Shown here one piece after another: positions 30,970 through 39,496 of a stretch of 41,840 bases of DNA. The notes under the pieces were generated by a model. The model was not told the origin of the DNA. It searched no databases and worked only from the letters and a program-made list of their open reading frames with translations. This stretch comes from Marinilabilia sp. GTDB taxonomy: Bacteria > Bacteroidota > Bacteroidia > Bacteroidales > Marinilabiliaceae. The position numbers were made by a program, and so were the translations under genes. Location of the stretch: positions 1 to 41,840 of the forward strand of contig JBEPWN010000003.1 in the NCBI GenBank assembly GCA_041642395.1. The letters run 5' to 3'. The first letter of the stretch is position 1. Every line of letters begins with the position of its first letter.

Positions 30970-30985
30970 TGGCATAACGATTGAT
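30970..30985 (+). promoter_or_regulatory. Putative sigma-54 (-24/-12) promoter (copy 1)
   Basis: TGGCATAACGATTGAT: GG-N10-GA, a variant of TGGCAC-N5-TTGC. Confidence 0.65.
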
Positions 30986-31031
30986 ATACTGATAGCAAGA
31001 ATAACAAGCCAATAAAAAAGGAGACAACAAT

Positions 31032-31451
31032 ATGAAAACTACAGCAATTTACACACTGATCGCAGTTGCATTTGCACTGAACCTGACAACAGCCAATGCC
31101 AGTAATAATGAAATGACTAATAAAATGGAAGTAACTTTTCCGGCATCTTTGAATATAATAAAAGAAAGAACACTGGAAATATCCGACTGGATGTTGAAAG
31201 TAGATGCTTTTGAATCGAATACTGAAACCATCGAAATTGAAAACTGGATGCTCGACGTGGAAGCATTTGCTAAGCCAATAATAAAAACCGATAACAATCA
31301 ACAGAGTTCAGCAATGTTTGAATATCAGGAAAATATTATTGAACTGGAACCCTGGATGTTGGACGAAACAGGTTTTATAAGCAATACGGAAACTTTTGAA
31401 GAAGGCTTTATAGAAATAGAAGAATGGATGATTTCCACCGCCTCCATTTAG
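31032..31451 (+). CDS. Secreted acidic ExWMLD-repeat protein, paralog 1
   Basis: Signal peptide ending ANA; four repeats (LEISDWMLKVDAF, IEIENWMLDVEAF, IELEPWMLDETGF, IEIEEWMIS); AAGGAG 8 nt before the ATG. Confidence 0.85.
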   Translation: MKTTAIYTLIAVAFALNLTTANASNNEMTNKMEVTFPASLNIIKERTLEISDWMLKVDAFESNTETIEIENWMLDVEAFAKPIIKTDNNQQSSAMFEYQENIIELEPWMLDETGFISNTETFEEGFIEIEEWMISTASI

Positions 31452-31617
31452 CATCTTAAAAAGCATCATTTACAGCACTACACCATTTTTACAAAGATTG
31501 TGCATTTACTTGGCGACCCCATGTCATTTTGCAAACTTCGCAAATGATACTTACCAAAAAAACAGGTCATCAATAACAACCATTACTTCTCAAATAAAAC
31601 AGATCGTTAGATTAGCA

Positions 31618-32322
31618 CTATTTAATCAATGCCTTGAAATACCGCGGAAGTTCAGTTTTGAATGTCATTTCCTCTTTTGAGAAAGGATGCTTTATGGTAA
31701 GTGATGCAGCATGAAGCGTAAGGCGGTTAATACCCTTTTCTTTTTTGCCATACATTTTGTCGCCGGCTACCGGATGGCCCATATCGGCAAAATGGACGCG
31801 AATCTGGTTTTTCCGGCCGGTAAAGAGATTTATCTTAACAAGACTGAAATTTCCGGATTCCTTCTCTACTTTATATCCCGTTTTGGCAAACTTTCCGTCC
31901 GCCGGATTATCTACTGAAAAAATCCGGTGCCCTGCATTTTCGACCAGATAGGAAGTAATTTCACCCTCCTTCTTCTCTAATTTGCCATGTACTATTGCAT
32001 AATATATTTTGCTGAAAGACGCCCACTCCTCCTGCAAATAGCGTTTAACCTGTTCGTTCTTTGCAAAAACCAAAACTCCTGAAGTATCCCTGTCCAGTCT
32101 ATGCACAATGAAGATTCTCTTTTTGGATTGTGGATTTCCTTTTTTCACATAATCAGTCAAAAGAAAATATGCCGTGTTCTCCTTTTCGCCTTCAGTTCCC
32201 ATGGTCAATAATCCATTGGCTTTATTAACCACGATGATATCCTGATCCTCATGGATAATTGAAAGTCCCTTTGGTTGATGTTTTAAAGAAGGCTTTTTAA
32301 AGGTTGGTCTGTTCTCGGACAT
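31618..32322 (-). CDS. RluA-family RNA pseudouridine synthase
   Basis: VVNKANGL, VHRLDRDTSG, TGRKNQIRVH, GDKMYG, LHA. Confidence 0.95.
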   Translation of the reverse strand: MSENRPTFKKPSLKHQPKGLSIIHEDQDIIVVNKANGLLTMGTEGEKENTAYFLLTDYVKKGNPQSKKRIFIVHRLDRDTSGVLVFAKNEQVKRYLQEEWASFSKIYYAIVHGKLEKKEGEITSYLVENAGHRIFSVDNPADGKFAKTGYKVEKESGNFSLVKINLFTGRKNQIRVHFADMGHPVAGDKMYGKKEKGINRLTLHAASLTIKHPFSKEEMTFKTELPRYFKALIK

Positions 32323-32484
32323 AATCTAATAACATTGTGTAAAAAATAAGGGATATGACTCCAGCACAGGTATAACATAATTAGAAATCTGCTATAAACA
32401 AAAGCATAGCATAAATCACAAGACATATCAAGCAAGTCGTCCCCATGTGAATGGCATCAAATTTACGAAAATTTCAACCCTAAA

Positions 32485-33267
32485 TCAAAACAAGCGAACT
32501 TTCATGCCCAGCTGCACAAAACGGAATTGAGTGGTGCCGAAATAATCCTGGTAAACAAAACCTATAGAGGGACAAAAACCGAAACGACCGACAAGCCCCG
32601 TTTCATAATCAAGAGATATACCACTCTCCTTCCTGTAACGCCCTAAATTAGTATCCTGGCTCCAGCGAAACTCTCCTTGGAGAGTGGCTCTCCTGTTAAT
32701 AAAGCACCAATCGAATCCTGCCGACCGGTCGAAGTAGATTTTAGAGGGACTCAAAAAATAGCTGAATCCGATCCCATAGTCCAATTTTATATTTTTGATC
32801 GGCAATCGAAGCTTCACCACCTGCCAATCAATGGCATTCATACTTCCTGTTACGTCATGGGTGGATATAAATCTCATATCGGAAGCAAACAGCCCCCAAT
32901 TTCCGCGCACAGATGAAGTAACCATTCCGGCATTTCTCTTAAAATCAAAACCTGACACCAAATCCCCTTGTAGTGAAAACGTCTCAGGATGCTTAACTCT
33001 GCGGCGTTGCATCAAATATTGCCCGTAATCGAGCCCCCTATAAATGCCATAAGCCGTTATGTAAAAAAGACCACCAACTATAAATTCCCCCAATCCATCG
33101 GCTATTTCAGGGGGAGAATAAGATGTTGACTCATATTCACGAAATTCACCGGAATAGGCAGATCTTTTTTCTGCTTTATCCTTTTCAACATTAGACCGGA
33201 CATCCCGGACCTGAGCTGTACAATAAATCGACACAAAGCAACAAACACATAAAAGAATGACACGCAT
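32485..33267 (-). CDS. Hypothetical exported protein, probable outer-membrane beta-barrel
   Basis: Signal-like N-terminus; alternating beta-strand pattern; C-terminal FVQLGMKVRLF ending in Phe. Confidence 0.6.
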   Translation of the reverse strand: MRVILLCVCCFVSIYCTAQVRDVRSNVEKDKAEKRSAYSGEFREYESTSYSPPEIADGLGEFIVGGLFYITAYGIYRGLDYGQYLMQRRRVKHPETFSLQGDLVSGFDFKRNAGMVTSSVRGNWGLFASDMRFISTHDVTGSMNAIDWQVVKLRLPIKNIKLDYGIGFSYFLSPSKIYFDRSAGFDWCFINRRATLQGEFRWSQDTNLGRYRKESGISLDYETGLVGRFGFCPSIGFVYQDYFGTTQFRFVQLGMKVRLF

Positions 33268-33441
33268 GGACAACAGGTTTTAAGGTTAATCCTGATAAAA
33301 AAATTTAACAGCAATTATTATACCATTCAATAGACCTATGGATTATGAGAAGTGGTGCTCGTAATTCGTTTCTTCCATTAAAAGAATGAGTGGAATTTCT
33401 TAAATATTCATATATTTGCATTTCTAAATACATGAACTGCT

Positions 33442-33690
33442 ATGAAATTTAAACAACTTGAAATATCATCAGAAAGTAAGGGCCTAAAAGGACTGATACA
33501 ATCACCCCATTTCAAAAAATCTGCAATCAGCATATTGATCGGAGCAGTTGCCGGCTTTATATATTTTTATTTCACTGAGGGCCAACACATGGATACATGG
33601 GGATTTCAGGATTTTATTAAAAACACGGCAATTGGAGGCTTCTTTGGATTCTTTGTAACAAACAGCCCTTGCGCAAGAAATAAATGCTGA
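33442..33690 (+). CDS. Small two-TM membrane protein, DUF6132-like
   Basis: IGAVAGFIYFYF...GGFFGFF; TATATTTG -7 box at 33411-33418. Confidence 0.65.
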   Translation: MKFKQLEISSESKGLKGLIQSPHFKKSAISILIGAVAGFIYFYFTEGQHMDTWGFQDFIKNTAIGGFFGFFVTNSPCARNKC

Positions 33691-33813
33691 AATTCAAAAA
33701 GTGGAATAAGTTCAGACCTGAGGTTGAGATGCACAACCAAAGCTTCGACTTTCAATGTTTAGCTTTTGAAAAATCGAAATGCATACCCTGCAATTAATAA
33801 TGGAGAAAACAGC

Positions 33814-34713
33814 TTAATATTTTCTGAAACTCCGGGACTTCCACTGAGTCACACATACTCCAGCAACCACAACCAACATTCCTACCAAATCCATCATACG
33901 CGGAATATCTCCAAATGCTACCCAGGCCATCACCATGGTAACAGGCGGACCCAGATAAAACAAACTGGCCACACGCGTTGCCTGCATTCGTTGATACAAA
34001 AGCCACATAAGGGCATAAGCTCCAAAAGAAACGCCAAATATAAGCCAACCCATCGTATATATAAATACCGGCTCCCATTCCGTAATCAGTTTCTCAAAAT
34101 ACATTGCCGGCACAGCCAAAATCAAGGTAGTAGCCAGAGCCTGATAAAAAAGGGCTTGATCTACAGGAAGGCGCCCGATTCTCCTGGTAATTTCCATCCT
34201 CCGCTGTATCAATCCAGCCAGCGTAATGGCTATCACCGAACCCAACGGAATTAAATATCCGAAAACGGATTCCATATCATGAAAATCAATGCGGGGAAAC
34301 ACAGAAATTACAACACCTGCGAAGCCAATAATCAATCCCGCCCATTTTTTGAGTGATGTCGGTTCTCCAACCACACGCCCGGATAAAGCTCCGGTAGCCA
34401 GGGGCTGCAAAGCCACAACCAACGCCACAATACCCGCAGGCACCCCCCTGTTTAATGCCAGCAATACACAACTTAGCCAAACCCCATGTGCAAGAATTCC
34501 AACCATCATATTAGGTGCGGCCACTTTCCATCCAACCCACCGAAATTCCCCCTGCATCAACAGATACAACAAAACAACCGCCGTAAGGACTGAATAACGC
34601 CAAAAAAGCAGAGTAAATGGCTGTGTATAAGGCAATCCATATTCGGCTCCAATAAAACCTGAATTCCAAAGAAGCACAAATCCTGTTGCCAATATAGCAG
34701 TGTTTTTTTTCAT
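33814..34713 (-). CDS. DMT/EamA-family transporter
   Basis: FVLLWNSGFIGA, ALQPLAT, GLIIGFAGV, ATRVASLFYLGPP; about 10 TM helices. Confidence 0.92.
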   Translation of the reverse strand: MKKNTAILATGFVLLWNSGFIGAEYGLPYTQPFTLLFWRYSVLTAVVLLYLLMQGEFRWVGWKVAAPNMMVGILAHGVWLSCVLLALNRGVPAGIVALVVALQPLATGALSGRVVGEPTSLKKWAGLIIGFAGVVISVFPRIDFHDMESVFGYLIPLGSVIAITLAGLIQRRMEITRRIGRLPVDQALFYQALATTLILAVPAMYFEKLITEWEPVFIYTMGWLIFGVSFGAYALMWLLYQRMQATRVASLFYLGPPVTMVMAWVAFGDIPRMMDLVGMLVVVAGVCVTQWKSRSFRKY

Positions 34714-34734
34714 AATGATTTGCAACACTCAAAA

Positions 34735-34870
34735 CAATAGATCGTTAGATTTTTAGATGTTAGATATCAGAAATATTGCATCATACTGATAAACAGCTTC
34801 TTAACATTTAAATTGTTTTTAATTTAAACAATTGACCGGCAATCTGCTACAAAAGTCTAACGGACTATTG
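34735..34870. mobile_element. 136-bp MITE-like element, copy 1
   Basis: Imperfect terminal inverted repeats caatagatcgttagattttt / aaaagtctaacggactattg; aligns without gaps to 37549-37684. Confidence 0.75.
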
Positions 34871-34941
34871 TAAAATACGAAACTCAAAATATGATTTTTC
34901 TATCTGTCTTTCGTCAGAAAATATTTTTACCTTTAATCTAC

Positions 34942-35487
34942 ATGAAAAATCATAAAATGAGAAATCGGACAAACAAAAACTGGGGAATTGAAGCACTAAA
35001 AGGGCTCATTGCTCTTATCCTTTCTCTGATAATATTTATAAACCCTTCTGATGCCCTTATAGCCATTGCCACTTATCTGGGGATACTGTCTATTATAGCC
35101 GGAATTGTGTTTATCGTTATATCGCTCTCCGGGAAAAAAGGATTCTGGCAACTTATTCTTGCGCAGGGCATTATTTTCGCCTTGATCGGGATATTGATTA
35201 TCGCCTATCCAGGCGGAACAGCCAGCCTTTTAATCCTGTTCATAGCTCTGCTGATAACATTTCTGGGTATCTTACAACTGATCGCATATATGCAACTAAA
35301 GGAAGCGATTCCGGCATCCCGGCTATCACTGATCAACGCCATACTTTCCATATTAATTGGCGGGTTGCTTTTATTTAATCCATTTGAAGGAGCGTTGCTG
35401 GCGACCATCATCATAGGAATATATGCAACCTGGTTTGGAATCACCCGGTTATATGTAGCCTGGAAACTTTTTTCAGGAAAAAGTTAA
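34942..35487 (+). CDS. HdeD/DUF308-family membrane protein
   Basis: Repeated G....ILG.I....P helical-hairpin units, about 6 TM helices. Start is at 34942 or 34957. Confidence 0.85.
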   Translation: MKNHKMRNRTNKNWGIEALKGLIALILSLIIFINPSDALIAIATYLGILSIIAGIVFIVISLSGKKGFWQLILAQGIIFALIGILIIAYPGGTASLLILFIALLITFLGILQLIAYMQLKEAIPASRLSLINAILSILIGGLLLFNPFEGALLATIIIGIYATWFGITRLYVAWKLFSGKS

Positions 35488-35528
35488 CTTTTCACCTTTT
35501 TGCCGTCTGCTTCTTTCAACCCATCCTT

Positions 35529-35567
35529 TGTTCGAAATCGTACATGCATTTGTCACACTAACGAACA
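35529..35567 (+). promoter_or_regulatory. Tandem enhancer-like boxes TGT-N10-ACA and TGT-N11-ACA (copy 2)
   Basis: TGTTCGAAATCGTACA at 35529-35544 and TGTCACACTAACGAACA at 35551-35567. Confidence 0.7.
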
Positions 35568-35632
35568 ATGAAAAATTATTATCTGCTTGAAATTGCCTGT
35601 CCATATCCTGATTAACAAGCTTTTAATTTCTT

Positions 35633-35648
35633 TGGTATAGCAATTGAT
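35633..35648 (+). promoter_or_regulatory. Putative sigma-54 (-24/-12) promoter (copy 2)
   Basis: TGGTATAGCAATTGAT: GG-N10-GA at the same offsets as copy 1. Confidence 0.6.
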
Positions 35649-35694
35649 CTTACAAGATCAACAACACAATAATAAACCAAAGGAGGGCCATAAA

Positions 35695-36108
35695 ATGAAA
35701 ACTTCAGGATTTTTTACTCTGACCGCAATTGTTCTGACAATGAACATGAATGCAGAAACATTCAGTCAAAACCAACTTGCTTCGGCAAATAATTACAAAA
35801 AAACATTTCTGACATATCTGAGCACCGTAAAAGAGACTTCAGTTGAGGTTGCCGACTGGATGCTTGATGTTAATGCTTTTGAGTCACAGCCGGAAATGAT
35901 TGATATTGAAGACTGGATGTTGGATGTGAATGCATTTACAGAATCTGACAACAGAATTGAGAACGGGATACTTGATGAAACTCTTTTCAAAGCGTACGAT
36001 GAAACTGTTGAAATAGAAGACTGGATGCTGGATGTGAAAGGTTTCATGCACAAAAGAAATTCTGCTGAAATGGAATGCTGGATGCTTGACCTGGCAACTT
36101 TTGACTAG
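35695..36108 (+). CDS. Secreted acidic ExWMLD-repeat protein, paralog 2
   Basis: ATG at 35695 (MKTSGFFTLTAIVLTMNMNA); repeats VEVADWMLDVNAF, IDIEDWMLDVNAF, VEIEDWMLDVKGF, AEMECWMLDLATF plus degenerate RIENGILDETLF; AAGGAGG 8 nt before the ATG. Confidence 0.85.
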   Translation: MKTSGFFTLTAIVLTMNMNAETFSQNQLASANNYKKTFLTYLSTVKETSVEVADWMLDVNAFESQPEMIDIEDWMLDVNAFTESDNRIENGILDETLFKAYDETVEIEDWMLDVKGFMHKRNSAEMECWMLDLATFD

Positions 36109-36283
36109 AAAACAGACTATCCATAGAAATTAAGTACCCGGAATTCATTCTCATCCGCCATCTTCATAATTCACTTCCGATCCACACTACTTCATCAATT
36201 GATCACACCTTCCCGCCGGGTCAGAAATCCGGCGGCCTAGGTTTTAAACAATTTACTCACTTTACAGGTGAATACTATTGATT

Positions 36284-37507
36284 TTAAATTGTAATATCGC
36301 CCGATTGAATCAGCGCATGTTTGGTGATTACAGCACCAATCAACTCATTCACAATGGCGGCTCCCATTACGGTTGCCAAAAGCACATCAGAGAATTCCCT
36401 GAAACCTTCCTGCTCATAAATACTTAGCACAAGCCCAATTACAATGCCACCCTGGGGAAGTAATCCGCTGGCTGTATATTTTCTGATGGCAGCACCCGCA
36501 TTTACCATTCGGCCGCCGGCAGCAGCGCCTGAAAATTTTCCGAAAGCCCGGAGTAACACGAACAACAATATCAAAATCAACGCTTTGGGAATGGCAGAAA
36601 TATCTAAATGTAACCCACTCAACAAAAAGAAAAAAAGAAAAATTAACTCTTCGGTATAACGGCGCAAAATAGAGAAGATCAAATCATGTTGCTTACATTT
36701 ATTCACCACAACAACACCCATCACCATATATGCCAACAACTCATCAACCTTAAGTAATTTAGCAACGCCTGCACAGAAAATAACCAGTGGAAAAATAATT
36801 ACTACCCATTGCCCCTCTCCTTCAAGATTAAAATTGCGACCAATCAGAACAATCGCAAAACCAATGATCCCACCAATAAGAATGGCTCCTAAAACTTGAT
36901 AAACAGAAGATAACAGACGAATATCGAAAACCCCGGTATGAGCATGAACACTTGTAAATACAGAAATAGCAGAAATCGTAATACTAAATAAAACAATGCC
37001 TAACACATCATCGAGGGCTACAACTCCCAATATAGTATCACTTACCTCGCCCCGGGCTTCATACTCATGCATAACTCCTATCGTGGCGGCTGGCTCGGTG
37101 GGTGAAGCAAGAGCTCCCAAAAGCAAAGCAAACATTAACAGCTCAATGCCTTCAAATGAAAAGGCAGATGAAAAAATTTGTCCAAAAACAAAAATCCCTG
37201 CCACCACAAACAGAAAAGGAACAATACCTCCCATTAATGTGATGCTGATAACCTCCCTGCCATGCTCTTTAAGTTTTGACCACTTTAAGGAACCACCAAC
37301 CTCAAAGGCAATAAATGCAAGGCATACATCCAGCAAAGGATCTGTTAATTCCACAATATCTCCACTAATGAAATCAACTGTATTGGGACTAAAAGCAACT
37401 CCTGTCAAAATATACCCGATTATTTTGGGCAACCCAATCTTATTAAAACCAATCCCTAATGAATACCCGATAATAAGCATTAGCCCTATAATCAATAAAA
37501 TATTCAT
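36284..37507 (-). CDS. Cation:proton antiporter (CPA2 / Na+/H+ exchanger family)
   Basis: LPKIIGYILTG, AFEVGGSL, ASPTEPAAT, VALDD, FFLLSGLHL, LLPQGGIVIGL. Confidence 0.9.
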   Translation of the reverse strand: MNILLIIGLMLIIGYSLGIGFNKIGLPKIIGYILTGVAFSPNTVDFISGDIVELTDPLLDVCLAFIAFEVGGSLKWSKLKEHGREVISITLMGGIVPFLFVVAGIFVFGQIFSSAFSFEGIELLMFALLLGALASPTEPAATIGVMHEYEARGEVSDTILGVVALDDVLGIVLFSITISAISVFTSVHAHTGVFDIRLLSSVYQVLGAILIGGIIGFAIVLIGRNFNLEGEGQWVVIIFPLVIFCAGVAKLLKVDELLAYMVMGVVVVNKCKQHDLIFSILRRYTEELIFLFFFLLSGLHLDISAIPKALILILLFVLLRAFGKFSGAAAGGRMVNAGAAIRKYTASGLLPQGGIVIGLVLSIYEQEGFREFSDVLLATVMGAAIVNELIGAVITKHALIQSGDITI

Positions 37508-37548
37508 ATCCGCAGTTTTAACCCGAATTTAAAATCTGTCCGATGAAT

Positions 37549-37684
37549 CAATAGACCGTTAGATTTTTAGATCTAAGATTTAAGCTGATTCGTATGATAC
37601 TGATAATATGCTTCTTAATAAAAACAACCCACAAATTTTAAGTATTTAAACCTCAATTCATTACAAAAGTTTAGCGGACTATTG
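37549..37684. mobile_element. 136-bp MITE-like element, copy 2, flanked by the 6-bp direct repeat ATGAAT
   Basis: Ends are caatagaccgttagattttt / aaaagtttagcggactattg; atgaat at 37543-37548 and 37685-37690. Confidence 0.8.
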
Positions 37685-37805
37685 ATGAATTACACAGTGT
37701 TTTTAAATTACGAAAAAATCAACGGGAGGGAAAGGATAGAAAGCGATTATTGATAAAAGGCCCAGGTTTTTGATGTGATCCTTTTTGATCTGATCCAGAA
37801 GGCAC

Positions 37806-37833
37806 AAAAAAAAGGCCGGCAAATTGCCGACCT
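37806..37833 (-). terminator. Terminator of the tRNA-Phe pair
   Basis: Minus strand reads aggtcggcaatttgccggcctttttttt. Confidence 0.8.
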
Positions 37834-37856
37834 CAATTTTTTTAACCCATCTCTTG

Positions 37857-37929
<73 letters not shown>

Positions 37930-38055
37930 CTACTCGTATTTTTTATACCCGAAAAATAACTGAAACGTAATAAATCAATAATTTTTCTTGTCGGAAACTG
38001 TCATAACAGTTCCATTTTTGCCTTTAACGATCAGATCATCAAAAATTCAACCTTG

Positions 38056-38128
<73 letters not shown>

Positions 38129-38144
38129 TTTTCTAAAGCGGTTG

Positions 38145-38174
38145 CAAATATACGGAAAGATTTGTTTTGACAAA
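38145..38174 (-). promoter_or_regulatory. Housekeeping promoter of the tRNA-Phe pair
   Basis: Minus strand reads TTTG-N18-TATATTTG, ending 16 nt before the first tRNA. Confidence 0.7.
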
Positions 38175-38269
38175 ACCCTATTTTGTAAATTAATCTTTCC
38201 TTTTTCCGGAATTGGCATGGTATTCACTGATGTTTAGTTATTTTTGCGCTCAAATTTTTTCAATTAAGC

Positions 38270-39496
38270 ATGGATTTATTCACACATACACTCCCTAATG
38301 GCATTCGTCTCGTTCACCATCGCACTGCGTCTCCGGTAGGCCACTGCGGCTTGATTATCAACACCGGTTCGCGCGACGAGCAGGAGGATGAGCAGGGAAT
38401 GGCCCATTTTATTGAACATGTCATTTTCAAAGGCACGCAAAAACGCAAAACGTGGCATATATTAAGCCGTCTGGACGATGTTGGCGGTGAACTTAACGCC
38501 TATACCTCCAAAGAAGAAACTGCCATTTATGCATCTTTTCTCATACAGGATTTTCAACGGGCTCTTGAGTTGCTCCACGACATCACGTTCCATTCGGTAT
38601 TTCCGGACAAAGAAATAAAAAAAGAAAAGGAAGTAATCATTGATGAGATCAATTCGTACAAAGACAATCCAGCCGAGTTGATCATTGACGATTTCGAAGA
38701 AATGATATTCGATGGTGGCCCGATGGGCCATAATATTCTGGGGACCTCTGAAACCATTAAAAGATTTACCCGTGATGATCTGCTGAAATTTATAAAAAAC
38801 AATTACCACACAGACCAAATGGTCCTATGTCTGGTAGGTGATATGGACCACGGAGATTTTTTAACGTCGGCCAACAAATATTTTGGCCCTGAAAAACCCA
38901 ACTACAGGACAAATATCCGCCCGACCACGCCTATTTACCATCCGTCACAACAAAGAAAAGAGCTGGACACATTTCAGAGTCATATCGCCATTGGTAACAT
39001 TGCCTACGATCTCGAAAATCCAAAACGACTGGGTTTATCTCTACTTAACAACCTGCTGGGAGGACCCGGCATGAACAGCCGTCTGAACATGGCCCTTCGT
39101 GAAAAAAACGGCATTGCCTACAATATTGAATCCATATATACACCTTATTTTGGAACAGGTGTTTTTAGCATTTACTATGGCACCGACCAGGAAAACATTG
39201 ATCGCAGCCTACGCATTGTAAGACGCGAACTGGCACGTCTGCGCAACACAAAGCTGGGTCAAATGCAACTACAAAAGGCAAGACGACAATTGAAAGGGCA
39301 AATCACCATTTCTTCCGAAAACCGGGAAAACCTGATGCTGAACATCGGAAAAAGTTTCCTGTTATACAATAAGGTGGATTCATTGGAAGTAATCTACAAC
39401 AAAATTGACAGTCTCACTTCCATCGACCTAATGGAAATTGCCAACGAAGTATTCGACGAACAAAAACTTTCATACCTCATTTATGAGCAATCATAA
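38270..39496 (+). CDS. M16 (pitrilysin/insulinase) family zinc peptidase
   Basis: GSRDE, HFIEH inverted zincin motif, LNAYTSKEET, SRLNMALREKNGIAY. Confidence 0.95.
   Translation: MDLFTHTLPNGIRLVHHRTASPVGHCGLIINTGSRDEQEDEQGMAHFIEHVIFKGTQKRKTWHILSRLDDVGGELNAYTSKEETAIYASFLIQDFQRALELLHDITFHSVFPDKEIKKEKEVIIDEINSYKDNPAELIIDDFEEMIFDGGPMGHNILGTSETIKRFTRDDLLKFIKNNYHTDQMVLCLVGDMDHGDFLTSANKYFGPEKPNYRTNIRPTTPIYHPSQQRKELDTFQSHIAIGNIAYDLENPKRLGLSLLNNLLGGPGMNSRLNMALREKNGIAYNIESIYTPYFGTGVFSIYYGTDQENIDRSLRIVRRELARLRNTKLGQMQLQKARRQLKGQITISSENRENLMLNIGKSFLLYNKVDSLEVIYNKIDSLTSIDLMEIANEVFDEQKLSYLIYEQS

Noticed and set aside
32452-32466. TGGCATCAAATTTAC as another sigma-54 promoter
   Set aside because: The -12 element mismatches and it points into the 3' end of an antisense gene.
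35840-36090. Recurring gactggatg(c/t)tgga DNA repeats as a possible CRISPR array
   Set aside because: Short, in frame, varying at synonymous positions and irregularly spaced; they encode the DWMLD protein repeat. No cas genes are present.
31032-36108. Reading the repeat proteins together with the prolyl oligopeptidase, M16 peptidase and O-methyltransferase as a RiPP cluster
   Set aside because: Those enzymes are not adjacent to the repeat genes, sit in housekeeping contexts and lack the shared promoter. No radical SAM, YcaO or lanthipeptide enzyme is present.
37537-37694. Removing MITE copy 2 and one ATGAAT recreates TGTCCGATGAATTACA, a TGT-N10-ACA box
   Set aside because: Only about 30 bp from the antiporter start, with no second box and no -24/-12 element at the expected distance; likely chance.
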